A DNA stretch of 64,000 nt from Octopus sinensis (lineage: Eukaryota): the NCBI RefSeq assembly GCF_006345805.1, contig NC_042997.1:51026001-51090000 (forward strand), written 5' to 3'. The translations under genes and the position numbers were made by a program. Positions 25,586 to 38,220 of the stretch are shown here, piece after piece. Numbering within the stretch: position 1 is the stretch's first letter; each line of letters opens with the position of its first letter. The notes under the pieces were generated by a model. The model searched no databases and was not told the origin of the DNA. It saw only the letters and a list, made by a program, of their open reading frames with translations.

Positions 25586-27002
25586 CTATATATCATCATA
25601 ATCATCATTTAACATTTGTCTTTCCTGGTGGCATGAAATGGCCAGTTTGACAAGATCCGAGGAGCTGGAGGACTGTATCAAGCTGCAGTGTCCGCTTTAG
25701 CATGGTTTCTACAACTGGATGCCCATCATAACACCAAATAAATCGCAGGTATGTTTATAAATATTAATCAAGGGCTAGTCTTATGACAATGAGAATGGGC
25801 GATGAAATCCCTGTTTCAGCAGCTTGCATACATAAACAAATTAGCAAACCTCCCTCATCATCATCATTGTTTTACATCCGTTTTCCATGCTAGCATGGGT
25901 TGGATGGTTCGACCAGGATCTGGGAAGCCAGGAGGCTGCACCAGGCTCCAGTCTGATCTGGCAGTGTTTCTACAGCTGGATGCCCTTCCTAACACCAACC
26001 ACTCCGAGAGTGTAGTGGGTGCTTTTTACGTGCCACCGGCACAGGGGTCAGAGGAGGCTGGCACTAAATTGTTCTTGCACTGAAGAAACAACATAACAAA
26101 AAGCATATGCCTTCTATTGATTTGAGCAACAAAAAGTAGTGGATACATTGAATATGTTTAACTGCATATGGCTCATGCAATTGTTTAACATCATTTTTTT
26201 CCATGCTTGCATAGGGTTATTTGAAACAGGTTGCCTTTCCTCTCATCAATCCATAAGTTTTTTTCAAGTGAAGGATTTCTTTATTTTAAACGTCTTCAAA
26301 AGCACAGAGTACTTGTCACTAAGCACTGCTTAAAAACATTTGTGGAATCTATGCACATTTACACACACAAATCTATAATTACACATGTATGTTTATATAC
26401 AAGGGCTTCCTGTAGTCTCTGTTTACCAAATTCCCTCACATGAGATTAATCAGTACGGTGCTATGGCTGGAAAAGAAACCATAACCAAGGTACCGCAGTG
26501 CTGCATAGTATTACAAAACCAAAGTTTTGCCCAGTAAAAATGAACCTGGAACCACAGTATGGTAAAGCAAACTTCTTAACAATATGGTCATTTCTGTGGT
26601 TGTTGAACACACACACACATCATTTCAAAAGTGTTGTGAACCACTGGCAATGAATGAAGGAAGTAGAATCCCTCCCTAAATAGAATCATCATAATTTAAC
26701 GTGTTTTCCATGCTGGGCATGGGTTGGACAATTTGACTGGGGCTGGCTAAGCAGAAGACTGCACCAAGCTTCATCATCTGTTTTTACAGGGTTTTTTATG
26801 GTTAGGTGCCCTTCTTAACACTGACCACCTTACAGAGTGGATCAACAGGATCAATTAGGCAGGAGGTGCTACATATAATGCACTAGGTATGTAGCAAATG
26901 GAAATAGATACACCTGCAACAGCCAAATGCTATTGGAAAGTGATATCTAGCAAGGACAAAGCAGATATAGTTTCACAGAACTAAGAAATATGAAACACTT
27001 AC

Positions 27003-27178
27003 ATCTTTGTCTGTTGTTGATTTTTCTTGGTTCTTCTTAGGATCACTGGATGTGGAATCCACATCCTCTTCTAATGACTGAACCTTTTGTCGCTTGGAAG
27101 TTCCATTACAAGAACTTGATGACTCTTCTCCAATAATTTTACGTTTTGGATTAGAATTAGATCCAACTGTTTTCCGAG
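27003..27178 (-). CDS. LIG1: DNA ligase 1, coding exon 5 (176 nt)
   Basis: ctttcag acceptor, |GTAAGT donor, phase 1 to 0. Encodes ARKTVGSNSNPKRKIIGEE...TTDKD. Confidence 0.88.
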
Positions 27179-28399
27179 CTGAAAGATAGATAGATAAATA
27201 GATATAAACATATATATATGTATACACTATCATTGTTTTCACAACACAATTTCATTCATCTTTAATTCATTTCCCACATTCAACAGTGGGAACGCTGGGG
27301 TGCCACCTTGAAGGGTTTTAATTGAACAAATCAATCCCCAGTGCTTATTTTTTTTGAAACCTGACTCTTATTCTATCAGTTCCTTATGCTGAACTGCTAA
27401 GTTACAGGAATGTACACAAACCAATGCCAGTTGTCAAGCAATGGTGGTGGTTGGGGCAAACACAAAGACACACATGAAAATACACACACACATAAGCAGC
27501 ACTTCTTTCAGTTTCTATTCCCCAAATTCATTTGCAAGGATTTGATCAACCCAGAAAAAAACAGATGATACTTGTCCAAGGTGTCATGCAGTGGGACTGA
27601 ACCCAGAACCATGTGGTTGGGAAGCAAACTTCTTACCATGCAGCTGCAGATGGAAGATGGAATATATGAGAATTGATTATTAATCACAACAATTGTTTTG
27701 GCACATCTAGCATCGGTCCAGTATGTCTCAGCTTATGGAACTGTTAGGAGAAGGCAGCTGACTTTCTAGGAGAGCCACCTACATATAAATATATATCATC
27801 ATCATCGTTTAACGTCCGCTTTCCATGCTAGCATGGGTTAGACGATTTGACTGAGGTCTGGCGAACCAGATGACTGCACCAGACTCCAATCTGATCTGGC
27901 AGAGTTTCTACAGCTGGATGCCCTTCACAATCAGTATTTAATGTATGACAATTGCTACATGCTTTTGGTAGGAAATAAAACAATCCTACGTTTACATAAA
28001 ATATCATACAACACTAAGTGAGTCACACAGCAACATAGTAATGAAGTAATAAAAGCAGAGAGAAATAAGTCATGCGAGAAATTTTTATCAAAATATTAAC
28101 TTATGCTGAAATAAATCTTAGGCAAAATGGCTATGAGCTAACTACTGTATTACTGATCACATAATCTTGAGTTCAAAACTCAATACAGTCACTGCCATGT
28201 GTACTTCTAACAAAATATACGACTCCATCTGCAAAGGCTTCTTTTCCAACTACTTTTAAGCCATAAAATTATTCAATAAGATGACATTAGAGATGACACT
28301 AGAACATGATGCCATCAGCTGACTACATCAGGTTCTGTCAAACCATCTACCAATGCTAGCATGAAAGATGCTGTTCAGAGATGTGCAACCAAACGCATA

Positions 28400-28900
28400 C
28401 CCTCCATCAGACACCTACCATACTCTGAGTGCCTTGTTTCTCTGGGCATGGGATTCACTGAAGCTCCGGCGTTGGGCGATGGACTTGGTAAACACCCACA
28501 AGGTTATCAACCACCTCACCAACAACAACACTGAACACCTTTTTGATCTCCATGTGTCCAACACACGTGGACATGCCTACAAAGTCAGAAAACAGCACAG
28601 CTCCCATGACTTTCGGAAACATTTTTTCCCGCTCAGAGTTGCTGAAGCATGGAATAAACTGCCTGCGTCAGTTGTTGACTGCCATGACACTGCATCCTTT
28701 AAGACCCTCATGCTTTCCGAAATCCGCCGAAACTACACCTGATTGTCACCCTTCCATACTCATACACATATGTGTATGTCATGACTCATGCACTGTTCTT
28801 TTCCTGACGCTTGTACATTACCCTATGTACTATACATACACTTTAGATGAGTTGTAGTGCACCTGAGCACTGTACACAATGTTTTATTATTATTATTAAG
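28400..28900 (+). mobile_element. CR1-clade LINE 3' fragment (same family; a short third copy at ~55135-55190)
   Basis: NTRGHAYKVRKQHSSHDFRKHFFPLRVAEAWNKLP, the same 3'UTR and an (ATT)n tail. Confidence 0.85.
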
Positions 28901-29012
28901 ATAGATACTAAGTGATGGTGATGATGATAATGGTAACGGCAACAGCAACAATGATTATGAATGATGATGATGATGAGAACAACAACAATGTAAGTCAGAT
29001 AAATATCTGTAC

Positions 29013-29193
29013 CTGTTTTCCTTTTAGGAATACCAAATGGAGATTTTTCTGGTGTGTTGGTTGTAGAATCTATACTAGTACCAGCTTTAGCAGAAGGGCT
29101 AGTCTCCGATGATGTCTTCTTTGGTGACGGTGAACTTTCTGAAGAACTAGAATCTTCTGTTTTGATTTTGTTATCTTTATTAGACTTTTTAGG
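29013..29193 (-). CDS. LIG1: DNA ligase 1, coding exon 4 (181 nt)
   Basis: ttttgtag acceptor, AG|GTACAG donor, phase 0 to 1. Ends SPFGIPKRKT; the join gives GIPKRKTARK (human GIPKRRTARK). Confidence 0.9.
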
Positions 29194-30091
29194 CTACAAA
29201 AGATGAAAATGGAAATGAAGTGCGATATGATCCAAAAGTCCGCCAAAGAGAGGTTAATTGCTACATGACAAGGTAAGATAATTACAGAGCTATAGGTAAA
29301 AAATATAGCAATTTCAAAAAGAAATTGTGGAAACAAATTTAATAGTTGTTACTACAAAATACAAAGTACTGAAGGCTGATCTCAAAACGTTGAACCTTAA
29401 GAAGGGGATAATAGAGGATTAAGATATGTAGCACATTGCTGTACTTGAGGAGACCTGCCCACCACAACAAAATTGAGATCCTAAAACCAAGATGCCATTT
29501 AAAAAGCATTGGTGAAGGTGCTGGTGCCACGTAATAAGCACCCAGTACACTCAGTGAAGTGGTATAAGTACCTTGTATATCTTCTGCCTTAAATACTAAA
29601 AATACTAAAAGTCAGGTACCTTTCTACTAAACAATGCAGATACAAGGACCTCAGATTTACTGGGACAGAAAAATAAGACTGTGTGATATATGTGTGCAAT
29701 ACTGCAACTGGAGGTTATTATAAGTATATATATATATATATATATACACTCTCGGAGTGGTTGGCGTTAGGAAGGGCATCCAGCTGTAGAAACACTGCCA
29801 GATCTGACTGGCCTGGTGCAGCCTTCGGGCTTGCCAGACCCCAGTTGAACAATCCAACCCATGCTAGCATGGAAAGCGGACGTTAAACGATGATGATGAT
29901 GATGATGATACACCAAATAAGTTAGGGGTTATGGATCCAACCCACTAAGAGATAATATTTATCCAATATACTGTTGGTATAATACCCAAATTCTTAATAC
30001 ACAAGTGTTTTTAATTGCAATGCAATTAACTTGCTTATTGTATTAAATGGGTGAAAGTAAAGAAATATTTTACCATTAATTTATAATACAA

Positions 30092-30218
30092 ATAAGGAAA
30101 TGGAGAAACAATTTAATTGGCTTATCAGCTTTAGGATATTAGAATGTTGACTTAAATAAGTCAACATTCTAATATCCAAAAGCTGATGAACCAACAAATT
30201 GTTTCTCCATTTTCTTAT
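30092..30218. repeat. Palindrome with a 2-nt centre
   Basis: ...tattagaatgttgactta aa taagtcaacattctaata... Confidence 0.88.
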
Positions 30219-30421
30219 ATCCCTCTCTCTCTTTCGGAGAGGCACAAGCACCTACACGCACATATACACACACGGCAGTAACTGCCACCTACCGAATTCA
30301 ATCACAAAGCTCCGGTCGGCTCGGGGCTATAGTGGAAGACACCTACCAAAGTGCCACGCAGTGGGACTGAACCCGAAACCATATAGCTAGGAAGCAAGCT
30401 CCCTAACCACACAGCCATGCC

Positions 30422-30472
<51 letters not shown>

Positions 30473-30836
30473 CTAGCACTATGACCCAGCATTGCCAGGT
30501 CATAGTGCTAGTGCATGCATATACAGCTGCGTGTGTGCGCACATACACGCGGGTACTGTCCAAATCTCTGACCAATCACATACAGCTAGCTGGCATTCAA
30601 TTGGCGTATCAAGTTTCGGGCATTTTGATTGGGTTTTGGATAGAAAATTCACAAAAAAGTCACTTCTATTGATTTTTTAATGGCTTTGCAAGGTAACTGG
30701 GGAAATGTAAAGATGTGCACGACCACCCATAGACGGTTTTGAATGACCATAGAAAGTGTGAGCCCTCTAACTGAAAATCTGTGGATTTGTATAAAGGACA
30801 CGCACACAGACATTTTGCCGTTTATATATATAGAGA
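30473..30836 (-). mobile_element. Non-autonomous Helitron (364 bp)
   Basis: + strand a|ctagcactatgacc...ggtcatagtgctag hairpin at the left, tttatatatatagaga at the right. Confidence 0.7.
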
Positions 30837-31576
30837 CTAGCAGAACTGCCCGGCGTTGCTCGGGTCTGAATTGCTCGAAAGTACTGTTAATGATTGCACT
30901 GAATTATGATGATTATTCAGGCAAATATTGATATAAGTTTACGCTGGGAGATAAGGACTTAACGATCAAGCGTGTGCCATTGCATTGTTTTGGGGGAACC
31001 AAATTTCTGATGAGCATTATAGGGGCACCAACTTTAAGTTTGAGAATGTGTGGTGTTGAGTTTTAGCATTTCATCATTAATATGGTGAACAGTTTTATTC
31101 CTCGGGGCCAGTATAGCCTTTTGGCCAATCCAATCAATATTCTGATAATTAGCTTGTAGATCTTGGAACACTGCATCTCTGAGATCAGAAGGCATCTTAA
31201 CAATGGTACAAATGGAATCGATGGCAAAATTACCATTTTCATCCCCTGGTATTTTGCCTTCGCCAAGTGCAAGGAGGGTGTGAGGAAATGCTGCTGATGT
31301 GATATTACGTCGCATATGAGCACGCATATTGGTGTGAAGTTTGAGAGTTACTTCCCTTTATTTAAAAAAATATGCATTAAAATGGGAGAAAATGATGGTA
31401 AATTACTTGTAAAATCGTAAACTCATCGTAGACGCGCGCTAATACCCAGAAGGGCTCGATATGAATCACGACTATAATATACTCGGTTTTGGTAAAACTG
31501 CATCGCAAAATGTGGGAGTAGTTAGGAATCTAAATCAGAGTAGACAGACACACAACCTTTCTTTTATATATAAAGA
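30837..31576 (-). mobile_element. Helitron deletion derivative (740 bp) carrying a Pif1-like helicase fragment
   Basis: TC...CTAG ends; fragment LLALGEGKI...WIGQKAILAPRNKTVHHIN (ORF 31034-31327); 5' ~245 bp shared with 1236-1630. Confidence 0.85.
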
Positions 31577-34500
31577 TTTTCGTCCGTCCTAAAAAACTTT
31601 GTGCGGAGTGAATGGTTACCTCTATGGAAATATATACACACATGTGCGTATAGATGAATATATAAATACATTTAAATATCTATATACACTTTTGGCCGAT
31701 CTTTCTGCTCTTGGATATACTTTGGATCTTATATTCGTCCAATTCGTCCTGAATAACTTTGTATGGAGTGAATGGTTACCTCTATGGAAATATATACACA
31801 CACATTATACATACATGTGTGTCTATATACACTTTTGGGCGACTGCTACGTAGAGATAACTTTAGATGTTATTTTCGTCCTAAAAAAACTTTGTGCAGAG
31901 TATATGGTTACCTCTATGGAAATATATACACACACATGTGTGTATAGATTAATATATAAATACATTTAAATATCTATATACACTTTTGGGCGATCTTTCT
32001 GCTCTTGGATATACTTTAGATCTTATATTCGTCCAATTCGTCCTAAATAACTTTGTATGGAGTGAATGGTTACCTCTATGGAAATATATACACACACATT
32101 ATACATACATGTGTGTGTCTATATACACTTTTTGGGCGACTGCTACTTAGAGATAACTTTAGATGTTATTTTCGTACTAAAAAAACTTTGTGCGGAGTGA
32201 ATGGTTACCTCTATGGAAATATATACACACACACATTATACACACATGTGTGTATAGATGAATATATACATTTAAATATCTATATACACTTTTGGGCGAT
32301 CTTTCTGCTACTTGGATATACTTTAGATCTTATATTCGTCCAATTCGTCCTAAATAACTTTGTATGGAGTGAATGGTTACCTCTATGGAAATATATACAC
32401 ACATGTACGTATAGATGAATATATAAATACATTTAAATATCTATATACACTTTTGGGCGATCTTTCTGCTCTTGGATATACTTTAGATCTTATATTCGTC
32501 CAATTCATCCTAAATAACTTTGTATGGAGTGAATGGTTACCTCTATGGAAATATATACACACATTATACATACATGTGTGTGTCTATATACACTTTTGGG
32601 CGACTGCTACTTAGAGATAACTTTAGATGTTATTTTCGTCCTAAAAAAACTTTGTGCGGAGTGAATGGTTACCTCTATGGAAATATATACACACATGTAC
32701 GTATAGATGAATATATAAATACATTTAAATATCTATATACACTTTTGGGCGATCTTTCTGCTCTTGGATATACTTTAGATCTTATATTCGTCCAATTCGT
32801 CCTAAATAACTTTGTATGGAGTGAATGGTTACCTCTATGGAAATATATACACACATTAGACATACATGTGTGTGTCTATATACACTTTTGGGCAACTGCT
32901 ACTTAGAGATAACTTTAGATGTTATTTTCGTCCTAAAAAAACTTTGTGCGGAGTGAATAGTTACCTCTATGGAAATATATACACACACATTATACACACA
33001 TGTGTGTATAGATGAATATATAAATACATTTAAATATCTATATACACTTTTGGGCGATCTTTCTGCTACTTGGATATACTTTAGTACTTATATTCGTCCA
33101 ATTCGTCCTAAATAACTTTGTATGGAGTGAATGGTTACTTCTATGGAAATATATACACACACATTATACATACATGTGTGTGTCTATATACACTTTTGGG
33201 CGACTGCTACTTAGAGATAACTTTAGATGTTATTTTCGTCCTAAAAAAACTTTGTGCGGAGTGAATGGTTACCTCTATGGAAATATATACACACACACAT
33301 TATACACACATGTGTGTATAGATGAATATATACATTTAAATATCTATATACACTTTTGGGCGATCTTTCTGCTACTTGGATATACTTTAGATCTTATATT
33401 CGTCCAATTCGTCCTAAATAACTTTGTATGGAGTGAATGGTTACCTCTATGGAAATATATACACACACATTATACATACATGTGTGTGTCTATATACACT
33501 TTTGGGCGACTGCTACTTAGAGATAACTTTAGATGTTATTTTCGTCCTAAAAAAACTTTGTGCGGAGTGAATGGTTACCTCTATGGAAATATATACACAC
33601 ATGTACGTATAGATGAATATATAAATACATTTAAATATCTATATACACTTTTGGGCGATCTTTCTGCTCTTGGATATACTTTAGATCTTATATTCGTCCA
33701 ATTCGTCCTAAATAACTTTGTATGGAGTGAATGGTTACCTCTATGGAAATATATACACACATTATACATACATGTGTGTGTCTATATACACTTTTGGGCG
33801 ACTGCTACTTAGAGATAACTTTAGATGTTATTTTCGTCCTAAAAAAACTTTGTGCGGAGTGAATGGTTACCTCTATGGAAATATATACACACACATTATA
33901 CATACATGTGTGTGTCTATATACACTTTTGGGCGACTGCTACTTAGAGATAACTTTAGATGTTATTTTTGTCCTAAAAAAACTTTGTGCGGAGTGAATGG
34001 TTACCTCTATGGAAATATATACACACACATTATACATACATGTGTGTATAGATGAATATATAAATACATTTAAATATCTATATACACTTTTGGGCGATCT
34101 TTCTGCTACTTGGATATACTTTGGATCTTATATTCGTCCAATTCGTCCTAAATAACTTTGTATGGAGTGAATGGTTACCTCTATGGAAATATATACACAC
34201 ATTATACATACATGTGTGTGTCTATATACACTTTTGGGCGACTGCTACTTAGAGATAACTTTAGATGTTATTTTCGTCCTAAAAAAACTTTGTGCGGAGT
34301 GAATGGTTACCTCTATGGAAATATATACACACATGTGTGTATAGATGAATATATAAATACATTTAAATATCTATATACACTTTTGGGCGATCTTTCTGCT
34401 ACTTGGATATACTTTAGATCTTATATTCGTCCAATTCGTCCTAAATAACTTTGTATAGAGTGAATGGTTACCTCTATGGAAATATATACACACACATTAT

Positions 34501-34930
34501 ACATACATGTGTGTGTCTATATACACTTTTGGGCGACTGCTACTTAGAGATAACTTTAGATTTTATTATCGTCCTAAAAAAACTTTGTGCGGAGTGAATG
34601 GTTACCTCTATGGAAATATATACACACACATTATACACACATGTGTGTATAGATGAATATATACATTTAAATATCTATATACACTTTTGGGTGATCTTTC
34701 TGCTACTTGGATATACTTTAGATCTTATATTCGTCCAATTCGTCCTAAATAACTTTGTATGGAGTGAATGGTTACCTCTATGGAAATATATACACACACA
34801 TTATACATACATGTGTGTGTCTATATACACTTTTGGGCGACTGCTACTTAGAGATAACTTTAGATGTTATTTTCGTCCTAAAAAAATTTGTGCGGAGTGA
34901 ATGGTTACCTCTATGGAAATATATACACAC
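31577..34930. repeat. Satellite array, left part: alternating ~160-bp (A) and ~133-bp (B) related monomers, ~292-bp dimer
   Basis: About 23 copies of the anchor gagtgaatggttacctctatggaaatatatacac. Confidence 0.95.
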
Positions 34931-37723
34931 AAGGTAATCAGAGTATGTGACAAAATACTTAAGATTAGATTAGTGCTTCATCATAGTTTAGCAACCATTA
35001 TATCAGCCTATGCTTCTCAGTCGGGGCTACCCGATGGACAGAAAGACCGATTCTATGACACTCTACTGCAGACTACCTCGTTGACGAACGACAGAGACCT
35101 TATCTTTGTGGCTGGTGACTTCAATGGTCACGTTGGACGACATGCTGGGGGCTTCCATGGCGTACATGGAGGCTATGGCTATGGCTCCCGAAACGAGGAG
35201 GGAACCAGGCTGCTGGAGTTCTGCGATGCAAATAATCTTATGATTTGCAACACTAACTTCAGGAAACCTACCAGCCACCTAGTCACTTACCGATCAGGCC
35301 AACATACCAGCCAAATTGACTACATCCTTGCAAGGCAAAGGGAGAGATGGCTGCTTATAAATGCCAAAACCTTCCCAGGTGAAGAATGTACCCCACAACA
35401 TAGACTGGTAGTTAGTGACTTTAGGATCAGGACTAGGAGGACAACCAGAAGACGACCAATATGGAGAAGAAGGATCTGGAAGCTTAAAGATCCTGCAAAT
35501 GGACAGAGATTTAGGGACATATTACTTGAAGCCTCTGACGAAGTAGAAGGGGATAGAGCATCACAGGGGGTAGAAGACAGCTGGACGTTTCTAAGGGACA
35601 ACCTGCTGAGAGCCACTGACCAGATCTGTGGCTGGTGCAAAGTCCCCTCTCGACCTAGAATAACGTGGTGGTGGAACAATATTGTAGACAGGGCTATTAG
35701 AGAAAAGAGACAGGCTTGGAAGGTCTGGAAAAATGGGGGTAGCAGGGAATTGTATCAGACTGCCAAAAGAGAAGCTAGGAGACAGGTTTATTTAGCCAGA
35801 GGGGAAGCAGATAAGAAAAAATTTGCCAATGTTCTGCGCCGTGAGGACCAAAGACTGGAGGTGTTTCGCGTTGCAAGACAGTGTGTGAGAGAGAATCGTG
35901 ATGTGGTAGGAGAGAAGTGTGTTCGCATGGAAGATGGTTCACTTGCGCTAAATGAGGATGCAAATGAGGTTTGGAGATGCCACTATGAAAGGTTGCTGAA
36001 TAAAGAAAATGAATGGGATAAAGAGAGTCTGCCGAATGTTGACCCAACAGAGGGACCAGCTATCCGAGTTGATAGTTCTGTGGTAGCTAAAGCAATTAGA
36101 AGCATGAAGACAGGAAAAGCCCCAGGCCCATCAGGAATCACTGCAGAGATGCTCAAAATGTCTGGTAGTGTCGGCTATAGCCTAGTCACCCGTATAGTTA
36201 ATCAGGTGATACACAAAGGAGTCATACCCAATGACTGGTGTAGCAGCATAATAGTCAACTGCTACAAAGGTAAAGGTGACGCCCTAGATACAAATAACTA
36301 CAGAGGTATCAAGCTGTTGGATCAGGTGATGAAGGTTACGGAGAGGGTCATAGCCCAACTAATTAGAGAAAGAGTTAGTTTAGATGAGATGCAGTTTGGG
36401 TTTGTGCCAGGGAAAAGTACTACTGATGCAATATTCCTGGTAAGGCAGCTGCAGGAGAAATACCTAGCCAAAGATAAGCCCCTGTACCTGGCTTTTGTTG
36501 ACATGGAGAAAGCCTTCGACAGGGTCCCCCGATCCCTTATCTGGTGGGCAATGAGGAAACTAGGGATAGATGAATGGTTAGTGAGAGCTGTGCGGGCCAT
36601 GTATAGGGACGCTGCTAGTAGGGTGAGAGTTGGAAACGAGTACAGTGAAGAATTCCGGGTAGAGGTAGGGGTCCACCAAGGCTCAGTACTCAGCCCCCTC
36701 CTATTTATCATAGTCCTCCAGGCAATAACGGAGGAATTCAAGACAGGATGCCCTTGGGAGCTCCTCTATGCTGATGACCTTGCTCTAATTGCTGAGTCAC
36801 TATCAGAACTGGAGGAGAAGTTTCAGGTGTGGAAACAGGGATTAGAATCGAAGGGCCTCAGAGTCAATCTAGCTAAAACCAAAGTCGTAATCAGTAGGAA
36901 GGTAGACAAATCACAAACGCCTTCAGGTAGATGGCCCTGCTCGATCTGTAGAAAAGGTGTAGGTAGAAACTCTATAAGATGCACCAAGTGTAAGCTATGG
37001 ACACATAAGAGGTGCAGCAATGTCAAAGGAAGGCTAACTAGGAAGATGGTTTTTGTATGTGGCAGATGCTCAGGAACAATAAACACTGAAAATGCTCTGA
37101 GACCAACTTCCGTCACTTTCCAGGGAGAAAAACTAGAAATAGTTGATAGTTTCCTTTACCTAGGTAAACAAGTCAGCAGCGGGGGCGGGTGTGCTGAAAG
37201 TGTAACTGCTAGAGTAAGAATAGCTTGGGCAAAGTTCAGAGAGCCCTTACCTCTGCTGGTGACAAAAGGCCTCTTGCACAGAGTGAAAGGCAGACTGTAT
37301 GATGCGTGTGTACGAACAGCCATGCTACATGGCAGTGAAACATGGGCCGTGACTGCTGAGGATATGCGTAAGCTCGCACGAAATGAAGCCAGTATGCTCC
37401 GATGGATGTGTAATGTCAGTACTCACACTCGGCAGAGTGTAAGTACCTTGAGAGAAAAGCTGGACCTAAGAAGCATCAGTTGTGGTGTGCAAGAGAGACG
37501 TTTGCGCTGGTATGGTCATGTGGCGAGAATGGATGAAGATAGTTGTGTGAAAAAGTGCCACACCCTAGCGGTTGAGGGAACCTGTGGAAGAAGCAGACCC
37601 AGGAAAACCTGGGACGAGGTGGTGAAGCACGACCTTCGTACTTTAGGTCTCACTGAGGAAATGACTAGAGACCGAGTCCTCTGGAAGTGTGCTGTGCGCG
37701 AGAAGACCCGGCAGGACAAGTGA
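34901..37723 (+). CDS. RTE endonuclease(partial)-reverse transcriptase ORF, 940 aa; the first 10 codons come from the satellite
   Basis: ORF track plus motif reading. The junction atatacacac|aaggtaatc is in frame. Confidence 0.85.
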   Translation: MVTSMEIYTHKVIRVCDKILKIRLVLHHSLATIISAYASQSGLPDGQKDRFYDTLLQTTSLTNDRDLIFVAGDFNGHVGRHAGGFHGVHGGYGYGSRNEEGTRLLEFCDANNLMICNTNFRKPTSHLVTYRSGQHTSQIDYILARQRERWLLINAKTFPGEECTPQHRLVVSDFRIRTRRTTRRRPIWRRRIWKLKDPANGQRFRDILLEASDEVEGDRASQGVEDSWTFLRDNLLRATDQICGWCKVPSRPRITWWWNNIVDRAIREKRQAWKVWKNGGSRELYQTAKREARRQVYLARGEADKKKFANVLRREDQRLEVFRVARQCVRENRDVVGEKCVRMEDGSLALNEDANEVWRCHYERLLNKENEWDKESLPNVDPTEGPAIRVDSSVVAKAIRSMKTGKAPGPSGITAEMLKMSGSVGYSLVTRIVNQVIHKGVIPNDWCSSIIVNCYKGKGDALDTNNYRGIKLLDQVMKVTERVIAQLIRERVSLDEMQFGFVPGKSTTDAIFLVRQLQEKYLAKDKPLYLAFVDMEKAFDRVPRSLIWWAMRKLGIDEWLVRAVRAMYRDAASRVRVGNEYSEEFRVEVGVHQGSVLSPLLFIIVLQAITEEFKTGCPWELLYADDLALIAESLSELEEKFQVWKQGLESKGLRVNLAKTKVVISRKVDKSQTPSGRWPCSICRKGVGRNSIRCTKCKLWTHKRCSNVKGRLTRKMVFVCGRCSGTINTENALRPTSVTFQGEKLEIVDSFLYLGKQVSSGGGCAESVTARVRIAWAKFREPLPLLVTKGLLHRVKGRLYDACVRTAMLHGSETWAVTAEDMRKLARNEASMLRWMCNVSTHTRQSVSTLREKLDLRSISCGVQERRLRWYGHVARMDEDSCVKKCHTLAVEGTCGRSRPRKTWDEVVKHDLRTLGLTEEMTRDRVLWKCAVREKTRQDK

Positions 37724-38220
37724 GTCCATAACCTGTGGCCTTCTACATGGGATGGAGCCAGCCTACGTATGCATACCTTCCCTTCTTGGGACACAAAACT
37801 CTACTTGTGAAGACCCGTTGAGGCAAGTGAGGATCAGAATGGAAATCGATCAATGGAAATTGCAGATGTGTTACCAGTGCCGGTGGCATGTAAGAGAGCC
37901 TCCCGTTTCGCGACCGTTGCCAGCACCGCCCCGTTTTCGTGTCCATTGCCAGCCTCGCCTGGCCCTCGTGCCGGTGGCACATAAAAAGCACCATCCGTTC
38001 GTGGCCGTTTGCCAGCTCTGTCTGGCACCTGTGCGGGTCGCACATAAAAAGCACCCACTACACTGACGGAGTGGTTGGCGTTAGGAAGGGCATCCAGCCG
38101 TAGAAACACTGCCAGATTTGACTGGGCCTGATGAAGCCTTCTGGCTTCACAGACCCCAGTAGAACCGTCCAACCCATGCTAGCATGGAAAACGGACGCTA
38201 GATGATGATGATGATGATGA
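34931..38220 (+). mobile_element. RTE-clade LINE, 5'-truncated, with open ORF, 3'UTR and (GAT)n tail
   Basis: ORF to 37723: partial AP endonuclease (SAYA, GDFN, IDY), RT (DMEKAFD, GVHQGSVLSP, YADD) and a Cys/His finger. Confidence 0.95.

Noticed and set aside
31577-34930. Regularly spaced conserved motif resembling a CRISPR array
   Set aside because: The spacers are themselves repeats (A/B monomers), the context is eukaryotic, and there are no cas genes.
31599-34937. Many ORFs (up to 212 aa) with repeating MYGVNGYLYGNIYTH peptides
   Set aside because: They are translations of the satellite, with frames shifting at microsatellite indels. There are no splice signals.
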